This document shows positions 47,898 through 57,700 of a stretch of DNA of 64,000 nucleotides, piece after piece. The notes under the pieces were generated by a model. It saw only the letters and a list, made by a program, of their open reading frames with translations. It was not told the origin of the DNA and did not search any database. The DNA lies in sequence record NC_061449.1. One strand, 5' to 3'. Both the position numbers and the translations under genes were made by a program. The number at the start of each line of letters is the position of its first letter. The first letter of the stretch is position 1.

Positions 47898-48776
47898 TTA
47901 ACCTCGCAGAGCACCACGAGCCCATGACTTAGCGAGGGCCAGAGTCATACGAGCAGGGTTGTGCAACTTGACTTCACCTTTATGGACGGCAGTGAATGGT
48001 TCATGCGCGTTCTCACTGCGGCCCGAGCGATATGCGGCTTCGTTGAAACCATCGAACAGAGTAACTACCCAGCCAGTAGATTTCTCAGAGCACTCACCAC
48101 ACGCTTTATCCCACGCAATCTTACCGCAAACACGACCACCAGCATTAACTGCATAACTGATTTGCTCAGTGCCTTTATAAATGTCAGGCGACTTGATGGT
48201 CTTGAAGGTGACACGCGACGCAGACTCAGAGCGAGGAATCATCTTCTCTTTCAGAGTTTCAACATCCAGTGATGACCAGAAAGATTCAAACAGTGCTGCA
48301 AACTTCTGTTCGATAGGAAGATTGATAGCGTTGATTTGCGCGATGGTGCTGGAGCTATCGTTGAGTACTCGGTTGATAAAATACCCGCCGATAATCACAG
48401 GCATCTGTGTCCCCTGCGAGCCCGCCGTCAGACCAGACTTCTTGCAGTAGATTTCAGACAGGCCGATAGCCAGACGCGCAAGAGTCATGAACGTCTGCTT
48501 CTCGGTCGAGTTAGCGATCTCTGTGTAGATACGCGCAGCGATAGCAGGGACAACAGTACGCTTTGCTACACTCAGAATATCTTCTGGTGTGATTGACTGG
48601 CCGAGCTTCTTACGCGCAGCCAGTTCGAAGGCGTTAATCAGGCTTGCTTTGTTCGCTGGCGTCAGCGACTCCCCTAACTTGATAGTCGTCTGCTCGGAGC
48701 TGCTCACTATGTTCGGAGCTGGAGCTGTCTTGAGTCTTTTCACTCCCGACGTTGACTTCATTCGCTGTACTGTCAT
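47898..48776 (-). CDS. hypothetical protein, probable head protein
   Basis: 292 aa; AGGA RBS; MKSTSG, IVSSSE and PRSESA motifs. Confidence 0.75.
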   Translation of the reverse strand: MTVQRMKSTSGVKRLKTAPAPNIVSSSEQTTIKLGESLTPANKASLINAFELAARKKLGQSITPEDILSVAKRTVVPAIAARIYTEIANSTEKQTFMTLARLAIGLSEIYCKKSGLTAGSQGTQMPVIIGGYFINRVLNDSSSTIAQINAINLPIEQKFAALFESFWSSLDVETLKEKMIPRSESASRVTFKTIKSPDIYKGTEQISYAVNAGGRVCGKIAWDKACGECSEKSTGWVVTLFDGFNEAAYRSGRSENAHEPFTAVHKGEVKLHNPARMTLALAKSWARGALRG

Positions 48777-49881
48777 TTGTTTGTTCCTGAGTAACAGGCT
48801 GCATGTGACTCAACAGCCCAGAGTTCTGAATTGCCTCATTCAAATCTTCACCACGATGAATGGTGAGTTGAGCGAGGTAGTTGAGAGCAGGTTCAACCAT
48901 ACCGAGATTACGACAGCCCCAATAAGCTGTTTCGTAACATAGGTCTAAATTAATAGAGGTCTGGTCAAACAAGAAACTTTTTGGATTCTGCTTGGCTGCA
49001 TCAATACCCTGAATAGCCATGCCTGTAGCATTGATCATATCGTCGTGACGATAGAAAATGTCGGCGAGCATCGCATAGCACTCAATGCGATCAGGGCGGA
49101 ACGCTACCGCACGATAACAGGCAGCAATCGCTTCCTGTGTGAACCCCTGCTTGAATGTCGCTTTCGCCAGCTCGATGTTAGCGATAGCAACATAGTCAGC
49201 CCAGCGAGCAATGCCAGCAAGACGATCTACTTCACGACGAGCATCGTCCAGCAGGTCAGCACGTTCGTTATAGCTTACCGCATAGCAGAGTTCACGCGCA
49301 TAGTAGAAGCTGCAACGATCATCGTGCGGGTAATCACCCACATCCTTACCAAGCTCAAGCAGATAACCGCGAGGCTTCGTGTGGTCAGGGTAGTGGTCAG
49401 TTGCAAACGGCGCCTCGATGGTACGCAGGTTCTGGCCAGGCTTACGAGAAGACAGGACTTCATGAGCACGATACTTCCAGAAGTAAGAGCGACGACGATA
49501 CGCTTTCATCTGCTGGTAGTGACTATCACCGTTGCGCATCAGAATCCAAACTGCTTCGGCATGTTTAATGTGCTTCGTGTTGCGTAGCGTTTCAACCCAA
49601 TTAGGGTCATCGAAACGTTCGTCGATATCGAGCCACACAACGAGATCATCTTCGGAGAATGGCGTAGCGGCCAGTTCACGACTCGCGCCCAGATTACGTT
49701 CTTCTGACACGTCGAACATATGATACAGGTTAGGGTGCGTGAACGCAGAGATGATGTTTGTGGTTTGGTCTTCGCTGCCCGTGTCTACGATACTGATTGC
49801 ATCAGCACCAGCAACGTGTTCCAACCACTCACGCATATTCTTTTCTTCATTGCGACAGATAGCCGCTACGCAAATTCTCAT
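48634..49881 (-). CDS. GT2-family glycosyltransferase with TPR repeats
   Basis: AICRNEEKNM, IVDTGSEDQT, WLDIDERF (DxD), HEVL, DHYPDH; TPR-like helices in the C-terminal half. Confidence 0.9.
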   Translation of the reverse strand: MRICVAAICRNEEKNMREWLEHVAGADAISIVDTGSEDQTTNIISAFTHPNLYHMFDVSEERNLGASRELAATPFSEDDLVVWLDIDERFDDPNWVETLRNTKHIKHAEAVWILMRNGDSHYQQMKAYRRRSYFWKYRAHEVLSSRKPGQNLRTIEAPFATDHYPDHTKPRGYLLELGKDVGDYPHDDRCSFYYARELCYAVSYNERADLLDDARREVDRLAGIARWADYVAIANIELAKATFKQGFTQEAIAACYRAVAFRPDRIECYAMLADIFYRHDDMINATGMAIQGIDAAKQNPKSFLFDQTSINLDLCYETAYWGCRNLGMVEPALNYLAQLTIHRGEDLNEAIQNSGLLSHMQPVTQEQTNDSTANEVNVGSEKTQDSSSSEHSEQLRADDYQVRGVADASEQSKPD

Positions 49882-49897
49882 ACATGCCTCATTTGGG

Positions 49898-50815
49898 TTA
49901 TACTAAAATGTTACCACTATCCCACCACTGCTTGCCGTAAATATCAGACAGGCGATAGTCAAGGATGAGTGGCTGGTCAAGGTCGACTTGCGTTATGTTA
50001 CGCCCTAAAGCAGGACTCCAGACTGTTTTCTCCTCAGTGTAGAGTCTTATCTCAAGTTCAATGTCGCCTTGTGAGTTCTTCGGCACAAACGGATGTGAGT
50101 AGTCACCATCAAAGCCCACACCGAGCGAGTCATCGAAGTAAGTGTACGCACGGATTTCTTCCGCACTATTAATGATTGTAGGCGCGTACACCTGACGGTT
50201 GTAGTAGGAAGTGTAATCAGCAATGGTTGATTGCATGACAACACGGCGCTTGTAGATTCGCGTTACACCTTTGCTGTCAGTCTCTGCGCGATACTGGTTG
50301 TAGTACCAACTTATTTGCGCAAACTTAACAGGCTTCAATTGCTCTTGGCCCGAAGCGTACTTCATGAAAGGCTTCGCAGTAAAACGGTGGTACGTCTTCT
50401 GCGTGTTCAATCTGTACACCAACATCTGATACGTATACCACTGGTATATATCAAGGGTAATCGTACCGCTATCGGATTGCTGCGTACCGTTAGTCAGGAT
50501 GTAAGCGAAACAGTCAGCGCCAACATAACCGCTTCGTGGACTGTAGATAAACGCGTCGTTGAATGTGTTCAATCGCACAGTGCCTACCATAGGGTCATTG
50601 ACCTTAATAGCAGAAAGGCGCCAACCCCTTTGAGCTGGCACCTTATCAAGCACACCCTCAGTCGGGCTATGCAATGTCACTTCGTCACGAGCGCCTTGTA
50701 AGATCTTTTCGAGCGTTATCTCAGTTTCACCTGAGTTACGCACTCGCACAGTCAAGTTCGGAGCCAGCGGTTTGTAGTTACGCCAGTAGTCGAACGTACA
50801 AGGCAAAGAGAGCAT
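49898..50815 (-). CDS. virion protein with Big_9/cadherin-like Ig domain
   Basis: P..GTVRLN..NDAFIYSPRSGYVGADCFAYILTNG...S..GTITL; start ATG 50815 with GGAG RBS. Confidence 0.7.
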   Translation of the reverse strand: MLSLPCTFDYWRNYKPLAPNLTVRVRNSGETEITLEKILQGARDEVTLHSPTEGVLDKVPAQRGWRLSAIKVNDPMVGTVRLNTFNDAFIYSPRSGYVGADCFAYILTNGTQQSDSGTITLDIYQWYTYQMLVYRLNTQKTYHRFTAKPFMKYASGQEQLKPVKFAQISWYYNQYRAETDSKGVTRIYKRRVVMQSTIADYTSYYNRQVYAPTIINSAEEIRAYTYFDDSLGVGFDGDYSHPFVPKNSQGDIELEIRLYTEEKTVWSPALGRNITQVDLDQPLILDYRLSDIYGKQWWDSGNILV

Positions 50816-50817
50816 AA

Positions 50818-52764
50818 TCACTCCAGTTTGTATTTGCTCTTGAACTCCGCAATGCTCATAACAGGAATGCCCTTGTCAATCGCTTTCTGTAGCTTCGCGG
50901 AACCAGAGCCAGGGTCTTTAGCAATCAGAATCGACGTGTCTGCTTTCATGCCGTCAGAAGCAACGCCACCGAGTTCGACGATACGCTTCATCAGGTCACG
51001 ATCACGCACACCAGTGAACGCTACGTTAACGCCTTTGAGCTTGGAGCTAACCACTTTCACTTTCTTCGGTGCAACGAGAGTCACATCCATTTCAACTGCC
51101 ATGAGATAAGACTTAATCGCAGCGTCAGCAATCTGAGGCGCGAGCTTATCGACACCGTGCATACTGTTGATCTTGACAGTCAGGTCAGCAGTCTTTCCTT
51201 TCTTCAAATAAGATTCGAGGTTAGGCACGGCATCGACAACCTTATCGAACGTTGTGTTAGCACCGCGCATGAAGAATGAAGCAGTAGCTTTAAGCCACGT
51301 ATTCATCGGCACACCGGCTTTCAACGCTTTCAGATCTTTAGCCAACTGACGACCGCGAGAGTCACCAACGATTTCACGCAGTGTTGCCATAGGCGTCATG
51401 AACAGTTGCTGCGGTGTTTTGATACCAGAAGCAACGAGCAGCTTACACGTACTCGGTCCTGTGTTTGCAACGTCCAGCCCTTTCAAGAACGAGCCGAGCA
51501 TACGAGAGTCAGCAGCACTGGTCTTCGTCTTAGCAACGAACTCAACGCCATTGATCTTGTACTGTACGTCAGGCAGCTTAGGCTTCTTAGCAGGCTTGAG
51601 GATTTCCATGATGTACGGAATTACCTTGCCGCTTCGAATCAACTTAACCTTAGCGCCTGGACCAAGAGGTCGCTTAGGCCCCATGACAGCGCCTTTCTTC
51701 TTCGGCTTGAGATAGCCATGCTCAACGTAGAAGCCGTTGTGCGCAGAAGCACGTTCAACCGTAACACCACCGGGCATAACAGTCGGCGGGAAGATTGCAA
51801 CAGGAGCCAGCACACCGTACTTTGACTCTTGATAGATTACGTCTTTGACAGTCACTATAACAGTGTCCGACTCAACGTTCATCTTGAACTTGAAAGCGTG
51901 TTTAGGATTGCTCGCAGTAGCCTTCGGTGTAGGAACATCGCGGGTCATTACGATGCCGTCGAGTTCATACTTTGCCTTAGCGATGCGTTTGTCCAACCAC
52001 GGAATGAGTTCTTCTTCCGACTCAAAACGCATAGGGCCGAAGTGGCGAACTACTTCGAATCCCCATTTCTCTAACAGCTTGAACTGCGAAGACTGTTTGA
52101 GTGTAGCGCCTTTGCCTCCGATGATACCGAAGCACACCATGTGGACGTACTTGAACTCTTTCGCTGTTTCGAAGTTACGCACCAGACCTGACGCAGCATT
52201 ACGCGCAGCTTTGAAGCGGCCACCAGCAGATTCATGCAGCTTAGCCATAAAGGTCTTGTACGGAATCAGCGCTTCACAACGCAACACGACTTGACCCTTC
52301 TCAGAGATTTTCTGAGGGATACGCATAGCAGGTAAATGCTGGGACACGTCTTTACCGTGAGTAGCATCACCACGAGTAAGCGCACGAACAGGTACGCCTT
52401 TCTCGTAAACGATTTCAATACTCAGGCCATCGAGTTTATCAGTCAGAACCCAATCAACGTCTTCGGCAAGAGCTTTAGACAGTTGTTTGCCCCCCAGAAC
52501 GAACTGATCAAGACTTGCCATAGGTACAGGCAGCTTAACGTCCGAATCATCACGCGCACCGACTTTACGCGCCAGCTTAGACTTAGGCCAGCGCTTGTCG
52601 ATGTAGGTGCGGATGTAGTCGTACACAGCGTCCGATATCAGACCTTCTGAGTCAGTGTGAAACGCATCATCAAGATGCGCCACCAGCTTCGTCGCTTGAG
52701 TAAGATTAAGCGTGTCCAGAACCTTATCAGGATTCTTTTCAAGCCGCTTCAAAGAGATTTGCAT
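50818..52764 (-). CDS. ligA: NAD+-dependent DNA ligase
   Basis: ISDAVYD, PMASLD, KLDG, LTRGD..GKDV, ELDGIV, AFKF, OB fold, HhH, C-terminal BRCT; start ATG 52764 with GGAG RBS. Confidence 0.95.
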   Translation of the reverse strand: MQISLKRLEKNPDKVLDTLNLTQATKLVAHLDDAFHTDSEGLISDAVYDYIRTYIDKRWPKSKLARKVGARDDSDVKLPVPMASLDQFVLGGKQLSKALAEDVDWVLTDKLDGLSIEIVYEKGVPVRALTRGDATHGKDVSQHLPAMRIPQKISEKGQVVLRCEALIPYKTFMAKLHESAGGRFKAARNAASGLVRNFETAKEFKYVHMVCFGIIGGKGATLKQSSQFKLLEKWGFEVVRHFGPMRFESEEELIPWLDKRIAKAKYELDGIVMTRDVPTPKATASNPKHAFKFKMNVESDTVIVTVKDVIYQESKYGVLAPVAIFPPTVMPGGVTVERASAHNGFYVEHGYLKPKKKGAVMGPKRPLGPGAKVKLIRSGKVIPYIMEILKPAKKPKLPDVQYKINGVEFVAKTKTSAADSRMLGSFLKGLDVANTGPSTCKLLVASGIKTPQQLFMTPMATLREIVGDSRGRQLAKDLKALKAGVPMNTWLKATASFFMRGANTTFDKVVDAVPNLESYLKKGKTADLTVKINSMHGVDKLAPQIADAAIKSYLMAVEMDVTLVAPKKVKVVSSKLKGVNVAFTGVRDRDLMKRIVELGGVASDGMKADTSILIAKDPGSGSAKLQKAIDKGIPVMSIAEFKSKYKLE

Positions 52765-52803
52765 GATTTTCTCCAATCGTCATTAACACTGGTATTTACA
52801 GTC

Positions 52804-54633
52804 TTAACTGGCGATAGGGTCTTTGTTGACGGGGAAGTCTTCGGTCATATCGAGCACACGATTGAACAGCTTAGGTGCCATGTCTTTCACATGTTCTGCA
52901 TAATCGAAGAGATTCTGCTTACGCGCACGGTTCACACGAACCTGACGTACCTCATCAGGGCTGTTGGTAATGTCGTACAGCGTATAGATGACGATGTTAT
53001 CTGAGGTCGAGTGCGTACTGACTCGGACGATAACCCAATCACGATTGAGCTTCGCATCTGCCTTGAATCTAAGCACGTCACCTTCTTCTGCTTCCTCGGC
53101 GCGATGCTGAGGAGTAGATTTGTTGGCGGCTGCAATCTTCTTAGCAGTCTCTTTCGCTTCCTGCTCTGCGGCAGCAACGTCTGAGTCCGTGTCTTCGTCA
53201 GCTTCGGTTTCGTCTACAGCGTCAGAGGTGTCAGCGGATTCATCTTCCTCTGATTCCTCGTCTTCTCCATCTTCACCTTCGCTATCAGCTCCTTCGTCGT
53301 CAGCGGCGTCATCATCCACAGATTCATCGTCTGCGTCTGAATCGGTGTCCCCATCATCTGCATCATCAACATCTGTATCACTATCGTCAGTGTCTTCTTC
53401 TGCATCAGGGTCTTCCTCTTCTTCGACAGGCTCAGCGGCTTTCTTACCGGCCTTAGCACGAACTTTCTTAGGAGGCACGTCTTCTTCGTCCTCTTCTGGT
53501 TCGTCAATGTCTGACAGGTCCAGAGCAGGTTCATCAATGTCTTGCGAATCATCTCCGCCAAACAGAGAACCTATAGAGTCTTCAATGTTGAACGCATCGC
53601 CAGCGAACGGACTACGCGCAAGAATATCTTCGAGCTTCTGCTCGTCGAGGTCCGCGTCGATTTCGACTTCTTCGATTTCATCATCCAAGACTTCTTCCTC
53701 GATTACGCGAATACGCTTGCCGCGCCTGTCAACACCGTCTTCGTAGACAGTACGCACTTCGGGCTTATCGATCTCGATTTCACCAGAGCGCACTTTCTTA
53801 CGCAGCGAACTAAGCTCAGACTCGCGCTCTCGCTTCTTCCTGTTCGCTTCTTTCTGTAGCTCTTTGCGTTGCTGCTTTTGCTCAAGGATCTTCGCATTGT
53901 TTGCGAGTCGTTGGGCTTCCTGTTCTTCTTCGGCAGAACGTCGACGGGCGCGTCGTACTATGCGGCGATAGGCTTTAACGTCATCAGCAGTCAGAACACC
54001 TTTAGGCCAATCGTTGAACGGCAGGATGTTGGTATCATGCACGACCAAGTCGTATTGAGCGTCATCGACTTTAAGGAACATTCCCTCGGAGTTAATGATG
54101 ATACCGCCTTTGCCTTGCCGCAAGAAGCGCACACCAATCATGTCGTTCTTATACAGCTTGGTCATACCCTTAGAAGTCTTCACAGGGTATTCAGGGCTTG
54201 CAACCATACGCCACTGATAGTTGTCGAAGTTAACTCCGTACACAGATTCAGATGGGACACGACGAGGCGAGAATCGTGCGGCATCGAACTGACTGCGGTT
54301 GAGTTGACGCTCCATCGTTTTGGCACCAGCAGTCTTAGTACGCCCAGAGACCTCACGATTAACAACGTCAGGTACTTTGCGCAACTTCGATGCACGTTCC
54401 ATCAGGAACAGTCCAGTAGACTTATCAAGAGGGAAGTCAACATGCGGCATATCAGGGAAAATCAGAGTGTAGCGTCCGCCATTACGCAGCGGGAGAATAC
54501 CGAAGATATCACCTTCACGAATCATGCGTTTATGAGTTCGCTGGGATACTTCTTTTCCGCGTGAACCTGTATACTTCATCCACGCGTACTTCGATACGGC
54601 ATCTTGATAGGATGCAGATACGGAAAGTACCAT
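52804..54633 (-). CDS. acidic virion/head-internal protein with two copies of the shared domain
   Basis: MVLSVSAS start; coiled coil; long D/E tract; alternative GTG start at 54660. Confidence 0.75.
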   Translation of the reverse strand: MVLSVSASYQDAVSKYAWMKYTGSRGKEVSQRTHKRMIREGDIFGILPLRNGGRYTLIFPDMPHVDFPLDKSTGLFLMERASKLRKVPDVVNREVSGRTKTAGAKTMERQLNRSQFDAARFSPRRVPSESVYGVNFDNYQWRMVASPEYPVKTSKGMTKLYKNDMIGVRFLRQGKGGIIINSEGMFLKVDDAQYDLVVHDTNILPFNDWPKGVLTADDVKAYRRIVRRARRRSAEEEQEAQRLANNAKILEQKQQRKELQKEANRKKRERESELSSLRKKVRSGEIEIDKPEVRTVYEDGVDRRGKRIRVIEEEVLDDEIEEVEIDADLDEQKLEDILARSPFAGDAFNIEDSIGSLFGGDDSQDIDEPALDLSDIDEPEEDEEDVPPKKVRAKAGKKAAEPVEEEEDPDAEEDTDDSDTDVDDADDGDTDSDADDESVDDDAADDEGADSEGEDGEDEESEEDESADTSDAVDETEADEDTDSDVAAAEQEAKETAKKIAAANKSTPQHRAEEAEEGDVLRFKADAKLNRDWVIVRVSTHSTSDNIVIYTLYDITNSPDEVRQVRVNRARKQNLFDYAEHVKDMAPKLFNRVLDMTEDFPVNKDPIAS

Positions 54634-54666
54634 GTTATTGTCTCTATGTTGTACGAACACACGATG

Positions 54667-54674
54667 AAATTAGC
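54667..54674 (-). promoter_or_regulatory. GCTAATTT motif, putative late promoter
   Basis: Directly after the hairpin at 54686-54707 and upstream of the 52804 gene. Confidence 0.6.
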
Positions 54675-54685
54675 TTGCGCGAGGT

Positions 54686-54707
54686 AAAGCGGGGATTAAC
54701 CCCCGCT
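54686..54707 (-). terminator. hairpin overlapping the stop codon, possible terminator
   Basis: AGCGGGG-GTTAAT-CCCCGCT followed by TT. Confidence 0.5.
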
Positions 54708-57700
54708 CAAATATCCTCTAGCGGCACACGACATAGAACCGCAAGATTCTTCGCACACAGTAATCTGCGCCCAAGTCCAATAGCCATTAGGCTGCTGGAT
54801 AGCATAGACCACAGAAGGGTCGAAGCCCCAGACCTGAGTAGCGTTCTGCAACGCACCAAGTTCTGTAGCGAAGTACCCCTCCTCAAGAGGCTTATCAATT
54901 GAACCGTGGTTCGGTTCAACCGTCCATGCTTCAACAACAGGCGCAAGAACAACGTAAGTCCTACTGGTGGATCTGCGCGTCTTCTGAATCTCTACTGGGA
55001 TCGCTTTAGGCGTAACAGGATTACCTGCCTTACGAGCAACAGGAATAACCTTGTCCGTGTTTACCAGACGTCTACCCAGCTCCTCAGTCTTACCGCTCTG
55101 ACTGGATTGAATGAACTGACCTTCAATCAAGTGCGTGTACACGGTAGGAGCGTCTACAGTATGTGGTTCGAATGCCGCATGTACACCAGAGACTGCTTTC
55201 AGGTGATAGAAGTCGCTAGGTGCCGGTGATACTGGGTACTGAACAGGAGCCTTCATCCACTGAGGATCAGACGGCACATAGTGGTAGTACACAGGCGCAG
55301 GCATACGTCGCACAAACGGTATTTCAGGAATGAACAGAACAGCAGGGTGATAGATTGGATCAACGTATTTCGCAACGTGAGCATCTACTTGGTACGTCAC
55401 AGTCGCAGGCATCCACTGAGGTCTTGCCCAACCTACATTGTACACAGCACTAGGTGGAACGTACTGCGCCTCTGTCACATCCTGTCGATACAGGCCACCT
55501 ACGGATTTCTGACTAGGTAATATAGAACCACCATCATACAATCCGAGGATATCTACTTTACGCGGCGCAAGCGCGTCTGTAGGGTAGATACCTTTATCGT
55601 TTGCGAACTTAGGCAGAATCTGATCTGGCATAGCACGAGCAGAAGAACGATAACCAGGGCTACGCAAATCGAAATACTGTGCAGCCACATCCGCGTACGC
55701 AACGAAGTTATTAATAAACGTATCGTTGACAGCAACTAAGTCTGTAGCGAAGTCAGGCAGGAACGTGTCCGCAGCAATATCCGGCACTTCAACAAATAAA
55801 GCACCAAATGAATCAGCGACAAAATCAGTACCGACAGTTGCTTCAAACAGAGGGAAGTCAGCTACTGTATCTTCTTGCCCAACAGTCGGTTCGAACAGCG
55901 GGAAGTCAGTTACTGTATCTTCTTGTCCAACAGTTGCCTCAAACATAGGGAAGTCTGTTACGGTATCTTCTTGTCCAACAGTTAGTTCGAACAGTGGGAA
56001 GTCAGTTACTGTATCTTCTTGTCCAACAGTTAGTTCGAACAGTGGGAACGTATCAGACGTTATGCTTTCGGCCTCACCGACAAAGTCAGCCGTAGGCATT
56101 GTCGTAATAACGTCCTTCTGACCTTGCGTAAGTTCAAACAAATCAAACTTGTCAACCACAATGTCAGAACGTGCGATCAGGTCGAACATGCGGAAGTTAT
56201 CAACAAAGTCCTTATGATCTGTATCGAACTCAGGGCCGGAGATAACCTGCGTATCAGTCGTACCGCCTACTTCAATCGTGCGGACAACTGCTGCATCCGT
56301 ATGTGTCTGACCTTGCTCAAAGTCGAACCACTGGTGCTGCACTTCAAGATCACTGTCAAACTCAGGCTCAAGATTGACACTGTGCGTACTTGTACCGACG
56401 AACGTCTTATCCGTGGCAGTGACGGCTTCGGCCACAGCGTCCAGGTGTGTGACGTCAAACAGTTGCACAGACTCAGTGGCGTATGCAGTATAGGACGGAT
56501 CAACCGTCATATCATACAACCAACCGAACGGTGCATTGCCAAACATCAACGTGTGTGGCTGATCGTGCGACGGCAGACCATAGATCTTGAGCATGGTGTC
56601 TGCACACTCAAACGGACCCAAGACAAGACCCTGCTCCTTGTACACACCACGAGAGTCTAAGCCAGCGACAACACGCACACCATCAACGTCAAGCAACATA
56701 CCAGCAGGGACGGTGAAGTACGTCCAGAAGTTATCTGGAATGTTATCAACAAACAGATCACCGCTGTCGCCCATAACATAACGCTCTGCGCGTTTAGTTG
56801 GAGCTGGAGTGCCGAGCCATTCAGCGTCTGCCCACACATACCACTCATAGCTGAACTGATCAGAATGAAACTTGATCGTGTACTGCTTGTTTTCAGTAGG
56901 TGTAAACTTAATGCTGGACGTTCCGTTCACAGGCACAGTGACAGTCGTACTACCGTCGGCAAACACAGCACCTTCAGGAGAGTCGATAGTCAATGTTAGT
57001 GGGATAGTGCCAGTGTTCTTGAACGTATCGGATTTGACTTCTTTTCCGATAGGCATATACGCCCAGTGTCGGCCGACATCAATCTGCGCTTCGACAATCG
57101 TATAGATACCGAAACCAGAAGTGCCCTTTCCTACACCAACATCAATACGCGACGTGTTGTTTTCATGCAGAATCTCAAAGCCGAGCTTTTGATTATTGCG
57201 AATGAGCACAGGCATCGCTGTCTCTACACCATCCACAAAGATCTTAACGCGGTCATAGTCTTCCTGACCATCGATCAGCACAGAGACAGGCACTGCAACG
57301 TTAATGCCGCTGATAGTAACATCTTCGGTACGATTCCAAGTGTCGTTGTCAACACCAAGAATGTTCTGCCACGAGAAAGCGTTAGGCGTATCATCAGCTT
57401 TCATCTCGAACTGGTAAACAGAACGCCCGATAGAGATAGGGAACGATGTACTGGTGATGTACTCATGGCCAAGCGTGATAGTAACTTCCTGACCATCATA
57501 TACTTTCGACACAGGCACTTTCTTGGTCGTTGTGACTTCTTTACCGTCAACAATATCAGTCGTGGTGACGTCAATCGTGGCCGCAACAGTCACACCAGCA
57601 GGTGCTGTGATAGGCAGTGCAATGTCAGGGTCACCCGCATCGACAATCACTTTGAACGTTACAGACGGACCTAAGTTGATGTTGCTCAGGTCAGGCATGT

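Noticed and set aside
55834-56048. Tandem repeat considered as a CRISPR array or DGR template
   Set aside because: No unique spacers; the 48-bp period is in frame; no A-specific variation and no reverse transcriptase or cas genes
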